Origin: a virus
Reading direction: 5' to 3' (one strand)
IMG/VR virus record: IMGVR_UViG_3300020213_000001
Length of the DNA: 64,000 nucleotides
Shown here: piece by piece, positions 58,504 to 64,000 of the stretch
How positions within the stretch are numbered: position 1 is the stretch's first letter
Layout: each line of letters begins with the position of its first letter
The notes under the pieces: generated by a model
The model's database searches: none
What the model was told of the DNA's origin: nothing
What the model saw: only the letters and a program-made list of their open reading frames with translations
Program-made: the position numbers and the translations under genes

Positions 58504-58848
58504 TTATAGCTTCTCATAGTTTTTTTCAATGGCGTCTGCTATCTTATTGAAACTAGTAATAGCACGATCGTTTAAATTAATTAGACTAGTTTCACCATCA
58601 ACCTTCGAACCGTAACAACTAACCATTCCAGCCCACTCCATTACACTGTTTGGAAGGTGTGCAGACATTTCATCAAACCTACTAACATCGCGACTGCTAT
58701 CGTAGTCACAAACACCCTCAACCAGTGCTAGGTTGCACAGTACGCCCAAACAACAATTTGTCCCATCTTTCTCTAAGTTATTAAAACCTTGTTTAAACTC
58801 TCCAGACCTAAGAGCATCTACCCACATATCAGCAATTTGTTTTTTCAT
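58504..58848 (-). CDS. Phage hypothetical protein (WVDALRSGEF.QG...CCLGVLC family)
   Basis: Well-formed motif set incl. LNDR..SF..IADAIE. Confidence 0.75.
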   Translation of the reverse strand: MKKQIADMWVDALRSGEFKQGFNNLEKDGTNCCLGVLCNLALVEGVCDYDSSRDVSRFDEMSAHLPNSVMEWAGMVSCYGSKVDGETSLINLNDRAITSFNKIADAIEKNYEKL

Positions 58849-59242
58849 AAGCCTTCCTTATTCTATAGGTTAAATCTTTAATAGCTACCTTAGGGTCATA
58901 TCCGTAATCTATAAACAGTTGTGAGCCTTTCCTTATGTTACTATTTGCCCAGTACTCCATGCATTTGTCCTTGTAATTGCAAGAGTAGTCTATATTGCTT
59001 TTTTCTTTATGGTTAAACAAACTACCAAACCCCAATGCCAGGCACTCTTTATTACCTTTCCAGATATATACGTATAGTTCTAAATACTTACCTGCGGTAT
59101 CTTCTTGTTCTAAATACTTACCTGCGGTATCTTCTTGTTCTAATATAATAATAGGACTAGACTCAATAAGCTCTCCAGCTTTTATGTCTTTATTAGCGTA
59201 AAGACCGCGCCCATATTTTTTAGTAGTTCTAATTTCAATCAC
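58829..59242 (-). CDS. SET-domain protein-lysine methyltransferase
   Basis: GRGLYA..DIKAGE, SLFNH, IRKG.QLFIDYG. Confidence 0.9.
   Translation of the reverse strand: MIEIRTTKKYGRGLYANKDIKAGELIESSPIIILEQEDTAGKYLEQEDTAGKYLELYVYIWKGNKECLALGFGSLFNHKEKSNIDYSCNYKDKCMEYWANSNIRKGSQLFIDYGYDPKVAIKDLTYRIRKAYEKTNC
59077..59143. repeat. Perfect 30-bp tandem duplication inside the SET gene
   Basis: gttctaaatacttacctgcggtatcttctt x2, encoding LEQEDTAGKY twice. Confidence 0.95.
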
Positions 59243-59261
59243 TTACCGCTCCTCACAATAA

Positions 59262-59341
59262 TGGTACGACATCAGAGAATCGAACCCTGATTTCAAGTGT
59301 TTATAAGACACTTCCGGTAAACCACCAGCCCGCCATGTCGC
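59262..59341 (-). tRNA. tRNA-Ile (anticodon TAT)
   Basis: Acceptor GCGACAT/ATGTCGT + A-CCA; anticodon arm AGTGT-CTTATAA-ACACT; T arm CAGGG-TTCGATT-CTCTG. Confidence 0.8.
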
Positions 59342-59347
59342 ATAATC

Positions 59348-59376
59348 AGTATACCACGGTTTTAGTATTGAGTCAA
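59348..59376 (-). promoter_or_regulatory. sigma70 promoter for the tRNA
   Basis: TTGACT-17-TATACT with TGn, just upstream of the tRNA 5' end. Confidence 0.75.
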
Positions 59377-59454
59377 TTAAATCTCATATATTTTAAACAA
59401 CACAGTCAGCACAGGAAGCGTCACCAACCTCAACCGTTCTTATTCCACTTGGCA

Positions 59455-60423
59455 TTAGCTATTCCTAGTTCTTTTGCTTTTAGCGGCGACCTTTAGATCT
59501 GAAATCATCTTTTCCATTGTGCAATCCTCTGCATTTAAATCGTCACGAAAGCGGAAAAATGTAGGGTGGCGAAGTCTTGGTGGGCTGTTTTTTGTTTTTA
59601 AAACTTCCTGCGCCCAGACATCCAGAACTTTTCCTTCGTATTCATAAAAGTTTTTGCTCATTTTAATTCTTAACTCGTCGTCAAAGCCGGAGGCAAATCC
59701 CACTTCCACAAGGGAGCCATTCTGATATACCGAAAGCGCTAGTGAGCCAATCATTCCCTTGTACTTGTTGGTCCCCTCTTTCCAACCAGACACTACTACT
59801 GAAACGTCATAGGACTTCTTCATTTTTGACCAAAATTTTCCGTAACCCATTCGAATGTCTTTTATGATTAACCCTTCGCCTCCTGCTGCTACCACTTTAT
59901 TAAATTCTGCGGAGAATCCAGAAGTAATCCAAGGAATAGGCTTAACGAATTCGTTACCCATTTTTTTAACGACTGCTTCTAGTAATTTCCTGCGCTGCTC
60001 AAGTGGGAGATCTCTAACGTCTTTGCCCTGAAACATCATGATGTCGAAAACCATATAGGTTAGGTTTCCAAGTTCTTTCTGTTTACAAGACGCTTCTGCC
60101 GCGCCGGAGTTCATTATTGAATTAGTATTTAAAAAGTCGCTTGAAACTATTTCTCCATCAATCACAGTACCTTCTAGGCCCTCGTAATCAACCTTGGTGA
60201 TGTGTGGGATATTGTCAGTCTTGTCTACCAGCAAACCGTCAGACACAGAGCCGCGCCTAGAAAGAAGTGTATGTCCTGACTTTCTTCTTTCGTATGGGCA
60301 TGAGTCGAAATACATAACATATCGTGAGCCATCAATTTTTTCTTCAGCTATAAAATAAGGCTTATCAAAGTCTTCAGGAAGTTTTGCTGTACAACGGCTA
60401 GGGATACATAATTCTAATTTCAT
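59455..60423 (-). CDS. ATP-dependent DNA ligase
   Basis: EEKIDGSR (KxDG), IDGE, VFDI, EGLIIK, WSKMK, LRHPTF.RFRDD. Confidence 0.9.
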   Translation of the reverse strand: MKLELCIPSRCTAKLPEDFDKPYFIAEEKIDGSRYVMYFDSCPYERRKSGHTLLSRRGSVSDGLLVDKTDNIPHITKVDYEGLEGTVIDGEIVSSDFLNTNSIMNSGAAEASCKQKELGNLTYMVFDIMMFQGKDVRDLPLEQRRKLLEAVVKKMGNEFVKPIPWITSGFSAEFNKVVAAGGEGLIIKDIRMGYGKFWSKMKKSYDVSVVVSGWKEGTNKYKGMIGSLALSVYQNGSLVEVGFASGFDDELRIKMSKNFYEYEGKVLDVWAQEVLKTKNSPPRLRHPTFFRFRDDLNAEDCTMEKMISDLKVAAKSKRTRNS

Positions 60424-60441
60424 AGATCCATCTTTAGTTTC

Positions 60442-60513
60442 TTAAAATACACAGCGCGGCATTGGAGGCAGCCATGGGTAGAAAGAAAGATGTACGTCTT
60501 TATTATTTTGCAC
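60442..60513 (-). pseudogene. Possible collapsed remnant of the cassette family
   Basis: gtgcaaaataataaagacgta resembles family starts; followed by a gctgcctccaatgccgc variable-type fragment. Confidence 0.4.
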
Positions 60514-60514
60514 G

Positions 60515-61105
60515 TTAAACCCCACCTATTACTTGGTTGAGAAATTTAAGATTCAAGGCTTGCTGTTTAAGCTTGGCAGCAATGTAAATAGCATCTTCAA
60601 CATCACTGGAAGCATTGGCGGCAGCAAAGGCAGCTTGGGCAGCACCTTCGACGGCATAGTGGGCAGCGGCGTTGGTAAAAAAGACATAGTCGGCATTAGT
60701 GGCAATGAATGCAATGGGGGAATCATCGGCAGCATCGCGGGTATAGCAGAAGGCAACACACTTCGCTTTTACACGCTTTTTAACCTCTAATATTTGAGCA
60801 TCTGTCAAGCTATCGAAATCATTAACAGTCTTAAGAAAATTGATGCAATTGCTAAGGCTCTTATCACCTTTATATTTTTCTTCAAAAATATGTACTACGC
60901 TTTCAATGCATAGCATTGCCCATTTAACTAGTTGATTCTTGGTTAATACCCTTTTTGCAACCCAAACTTTATCGTCGTAGTTGACATTAGGTAAGTACAG
61001 GAAATCACTAAAGCTTCCGTCAAAATCAGCATTGTAATTCAGAAAATGTTCATATCTGTCAGCACAAGGCTCTAGGTTTTTCAGTACTTCTTTATTGATT
61101 TGCAT
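60515..61105 (-). CDS. Cassette-family protein copy 9
   Basis: Family motifs. Confidence 0.9.
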   Translation of the reverse strand: MQINKEVLKNLEPCADRYEHFLNYNADFDGSFSDFLYLPNVNYDDKVWVAKRVLTKNQLVKWAMLCIESVVHIFEEKYKGDKSLSNCINFLKTVNDFDSLTDAQILEVKKRVKAKCVAFCYTRDAADDSPIAFIATNADYVFFTNAAAHYAVEGAAQAAFAAANASSDVEDAIYIAAKLKQQALNLKFLNQVIGGV

Positions 61106-61116
61106 AAATATCCTGG

Positions 61117-61746
61117 TTAAGCACTGATTGCTTGTTTCAAAAACTGAAGGTTAAGGGCTTGCTGTTTAAGACTGGCAGCGGCAGCATCTTCACCGTAAAT
61201 GTCACAATAACCAAGGGTATCATCATAGGTAGCTTCGGCGGCGTAACACAAGACGTGGGAGGCAACATCGACAGCATAGGCGGCAGCATAGGAATCACAG
61301 TAGGAGACGTGGACAAGGGCGGCAACATGGGAAACATTGAGAGCGTGGGCAGCGTGGCCAACAAAGATGTCAGGGTCGGTAGAAGCACGGGCAACAGCAA
61401 GGGCGAGATCTCTGTGCTTTTTAAGCTCTAATGCTTGATCAATTGTCAAGTTATTAAAATCCTTAACTGTTTTAAGGTAATTGATACAATTAATAACATG
61501 TTTATAATCCGGGTGTTGTTCTTCAAAAATATGCACTACGCTTTCAGCGCATAGCGTTGCCCAGCTAATGGCTTGGTTCTTGTTTAATACCCTTTTTGCA
61601 ACCCAAATTTTATCGACATATTCAAGATTGGGTAATTCCATGAATTCGCTAAGACTTCCATCAAAATCAGCGTGATGTTTTAGAAAAACCTTATACCTGT
61701 AATAACAGGGTTTAAGGCTTTTCAAGAATTCTTTATTAATTTGCAT
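61117..61746 (-). CDS. Cassette-family protein copy 10
   Basis: Family motifs; start MQINKEF at 61746. Confidence 0.9.
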   Translation of the reverse strand: MQINKEFLKSLKPCYYRYKVFLKHHADFDGSLSEFMELPNLEYVDKIWVAKRVLNKNQAISWATLCAESVVHIFEEQHPDYKHVINCINYLKTVKDFNNLTIDQALELKKHRDLALAVARASTDPDIFVGHAAHALNVSHVAALVHVSYCDSYAAAYAVDVASHVLCYAAEATYDDTLGYCDIYGEDAAAASLKQQALNLQFLKQAISA

Positions 61747-61764
61747 AAATCCCTCTCTCAAGCC

Positions 61765-61793
61765 ATTATCCCATATAAGACTAAGCTTGTCAA
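61765..61793 (-). promoter_or_regulatory. sigma70-type early promoter
   Basis: TTGACA-17-GATAAT on -. Confidence 0.85.
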
Positions 61794-61801
61794 GCTAAAT
61801 A

Positions 61802-62431
61802 CTAATTAATCACTTGCTTAAGAAACTGAAGATTTAAGGCTTCTTGATTTTCAAGAGCAGCAATTTTATTAGAATCACAGACGGCATGGGTGGCATAGGA
61901 AGCATAGATGGCAGCTTGGGCAGCATGGGCGGCATAGATGACAGCTTGGAAAGAGGTGGAGGCAAAGGTGGCAGAATGGGCGGCAGCATGGGCAGAGGTG
62001 GCGGCATAGTTGGCAGCATGGGCGGTGGCATTGGTAGAAAAGAGAGTAGCACTGGCGGCTGCATGGGCAGCATCGGTGGCAGCAGAGGTGGCTATTTTAT
62101 GCTTCTTAATCTCTAATGGTTGACAATTGATCAAGCGGTCGAAATCATTAATAGATTTAAGGTAGTTGATGCAATCACTAAGGCGCTTGTCATCTGGATA
62201 TTTTGCTTCAAACATATGTACAACACTTTCAGCGCATAGCGTTGCCCATTTAACGGCTTTATTTTTGTTTAAAATCTCCCTTGCAACCCAAATTTTATCG
62301 TCGTAGTTGACATTAGGTAAGTCAAGGAATTCACTAAAGCTTCCGTTAAACTCACCGTGATGTTTTATAAAATGCTCATACCTGTCGGTAAAAAGGTTAA
62401 TACTTTTCAAGAATTCTTTGTTAATTTGCAT
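61802..62431 (-). CDS. Cassette-family protein copy 11
   Basis: Family motifs. Confidence 0.9.
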   Translation of the reverse strand: MQINKEFLKSINLFTDRYEHFIKHHGEFNGSFSEFLDLPNVNYDDKIWVAREILNKNKAVKWATLCAESVVHMFEAKYPDDKRLSDCINYLKSINDFDRLINCQPLEIKKHKIATSAATDAAHAAASATLFSTNATAHAANYAATSAHAAAHSATFASTSFQAVIYAAHAAQAAIYASYATHAVCDSNKIAALENQEALNLQFLKQVIN

Positions 62432-62459
62432 AATTCACTCCTGTTTTTACTCTTAACCC

Positions 62460-62488
62460 ATTGTTACATATAAGACTAAACTTGTCAA
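62460..62488 (-). promoter_or_regulatory. sigma70-type early promoter (variant -10)
   Basis: TTGACA-17-AACAAT on -. Confidence 0.75.
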
Positions 62489-62498
62489 TATAATTCTA

Positions 62499-63152
62499 CT
62501 AATTAATCACTTGTTTTAGAAACTTAATATTTAAGGCTTCTTGACTTTCTTGAGCAGCAATTTTATTAGAATCACTAGCATCGGTGGTGGCATAGAAGGC
62601 AGCTTGGACAGCATAGCACTCAGTATCGGCGACATCAACATCGATGTCATAGGCAGCAAGGGTGGCATAGGCGGCTTCACGGACAGCGGCACGGACAGCG
62701 GCACCGACAGCATCGGCGGCACCGGCAGCATAGGGGGCACGGGAACAATAGGCGGTAAGAGAGACAGCATAGGGGCCACCAGCGGCAACGAAACAAGCAG
62801 CTCGGGAGGCTTCTTCATGTCTCTTAATCTCTGATGCTTGATCATTTGTCAAATTATCAAAATCCTTAACTGTTTTAAGGTAGCTAATGCAATCACTAAG
62901 ACTCTGGTTATCAGGGTATTCTTTCTCAAAAATATGAACAACGCTTTCAGCGCATAGCGTTGCCCACTTAACAGCTTGATTCTTGGTTAAAACTCTCCTT
63001 GCAATCCAGATTTTATCGACATATTCAAGATTGGGTAGGTCCAGGAAATCATTAAGACTTCCGCTAAACTCACCGTGATGTTCTAGGAAATGCTTATACC
63101 TGTTGTCGCAAGGGTTTAGGCTTTTCAATACGTCTTTGTTGATCTTCATCAT
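62499..63152 (-). CDS. Cassette-family protein copy 12
   Basis: Family motifs; start MMKINKDV. Confidence 0.9.
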   Translation of the reverse strand: MMKINKDVLKSLNPCDNRYKHFLEHHGEFSGSLNDFLDLPNLEYVDKIWIARRVLTKNQAVKWATLCAESVVHIFEKEYPDNQSLSDCISYLKTVKDFDNLTNDQASEIKRHEEASRAACFVAAGGPYAVSLTAYCSRAPYAAGAADAVGAAVRAAVREAAYATLAAYDIDVDVADTECYAVQAAFYATTDASDSNKIAAQESQEALNIKFLKQVIN

Positions 63153-63161
63153 CTTTCCCTC

Positions 63162-63190
63162 ATTATCACATATAATACCAGACATGTCAA
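63162..63190 (-). promoter_or_regulatory. sigma70-type early promoter
   Basis: TTGACA-17-GATAAT, identical to the promoter at 2206-2234. Confidence 0.85.
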
Positions 63191-63200
63191 TATAATTCCA

Positions 63201-63857
63201 CTAATTAATCACTTGTTTAAGAAACTTAATGTTAAGAGCTTGTTGGTTATGCTTGGAAGCATCATCAATAGAATCCCGATCATCATAGGTGGCAGCATAG
63301 GTGGCATAGTCGGCAGCATAGTCGGCAGCATAGCTGGTAGCATAGGTGGCAACATCGACAGCATAGCGTACTTCACGAGCGGCAGCAAAGACGGCATAGT
63401 AGGCAGCACGAGCAGCATTGGTGGCACCGATGGCGGCGATGGCGGCACAACGGACAGCATAGGCAGCATCAGCGGCAGCTTCGATGGCAAAGCGGGCAGC
63501 ATGGACAGCTCGGGCATCACTTATATGTCTCTTAATCTCTGATGCTTGATCAACTGTCAAGTTATCGAAATCATTAACTGTTTTAAGGTAGTTGATGCAA
63601 TCTCTAATGCATCTTTCATCCGGGTATTCTTTTTCAAAAACATGTACTACGCTTTCAGCACAAAGAATTGCCCAGTTAATGGCTTGATTCCTTGTTAAAA
63701 CTCTCCCTGCAACCCAGATTTTATCATTGTAGTCAAGATTAGGTAAGTCAAGGAATTCACTAAAACTACCGCTAAAATCAGCGTGACGCTCTAGAAAATG
63801 CCTATATCTGTCAACACAAGGCTCTAGGTTTTTCAGTACTTCTTTGTTAATTTGCAT
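63201..63857 (-). CDS. Cassette-family protein copy 13
   Basis: Family motifs. Confidence 0.9.
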   Translation of the reverse strand: MQINKEVLKNLEPCVDRYRHFLERHADFSGSFSEFLDLPNLDYNDKIWVAGRVLTRNQAINWAILCAESVVHVFEKEYPDERCIRDCINYLKTVNDFDNLTVDQASEIKRHISDARAVHAARFAIEAAADAAYAVRCAAIAAIGATNAARAAYYAVFAAAREVRYAVDVATYATSYAADYAADYATYAATYDDRDSIDDASKHNQQALNIKFLKQVIN

Positions 63858-63866
63858 CTTTCCCTC

Positions 63867-63895
63867 ATTGTTACATATAACCCTAAGCTTGTCAA
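63867..63895 (-). promoter_or_regulatory. sigma70-type early promoter (variant -10)
   Basis: TTGACA-17-AACAAT on -. Confidence 0.75.
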
Positions 63896-63898
63896 CCT

Positions 63899-64000
63899 TT
63901 ACAAACTACATGCCATTCTCAAAAACTGAATGTTAAGCTCTTGCTGGTTATTCCCGGCAGCGTCAGCATCTTCACCGGTATCAGCGGCTGCAAGGAGGGC
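63899..64000 (-). CDS. Cassette-family copy 14 (3' end only; continues beyond the window)
   Basis: ALLAAADTGEDADAAGNNQQELNIQFLRMACSL*, nearly identical to the end of copy 4. Confidence 0.85.
   Translation of the reverse strand, partial: ALLAAADTGEDADAAGNNQQELNIQFLRMACSL

Noticed and set aside
1-64000. Stop-codon reassignment or a base-modification pathway
   Set aside because: Genes are intact under the standard code and end in all three stops; no PurZ, queuosine-type or hydroxymethylase genes were recognised
1-64000. Host assignment
   Set aside because: sigma70-like promoters and lipoproteins are not specific enough to name a host from this window

Overview
This window is part of a large tailed dsDNA phage genome with a myovirus-type baseplate. 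No capsid, terminase or DNA polymerase gene is recognisable in it. Positions ~1-14.5 kb are transcribed on + (early array, RecA, DnaB-like helicase, primase, ClpP, ThyX, IMPDH/GMP reductase). Positions ~14.5-64 kb are almost all on - (three paralogous beta-propeller fibre/receptor-binding proteins, tail fibres, baseplate, tape measure, nucleotide and auxiliary enzymes, a tRNA, DNA ligase, a second early array). The most striking feature is a family of 13 complete ~200-aa paralogs, plus one copy cut by the window edge and two decayed remnants. They sit in two inward-pointing tandem arrays at the window ends, with one solo copy inside the tail module. Each has a constant N-terminal domain (Imm5-like by recalled motif), a hypervariable Ala/Tyr/Asp-rich GCY-repeat core and a constant C-terminal tail, and most have their own sigma70-type promoter. 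Variable cores and promoters are patchworks of blocks shared between distant copies, which suggests diversification by recombination or gene conversion. Other oddities: two circularly permuted enzymes (a metallophosphoesterase and a split C5 DNA methyltransferase), a tRNA-Ile with a TAT anticodon, two homopolymer frameshifts, a probable ATC start codon and two recurring promoter-like motifs. All product calls come from motif recognition by eye; no database search was run.
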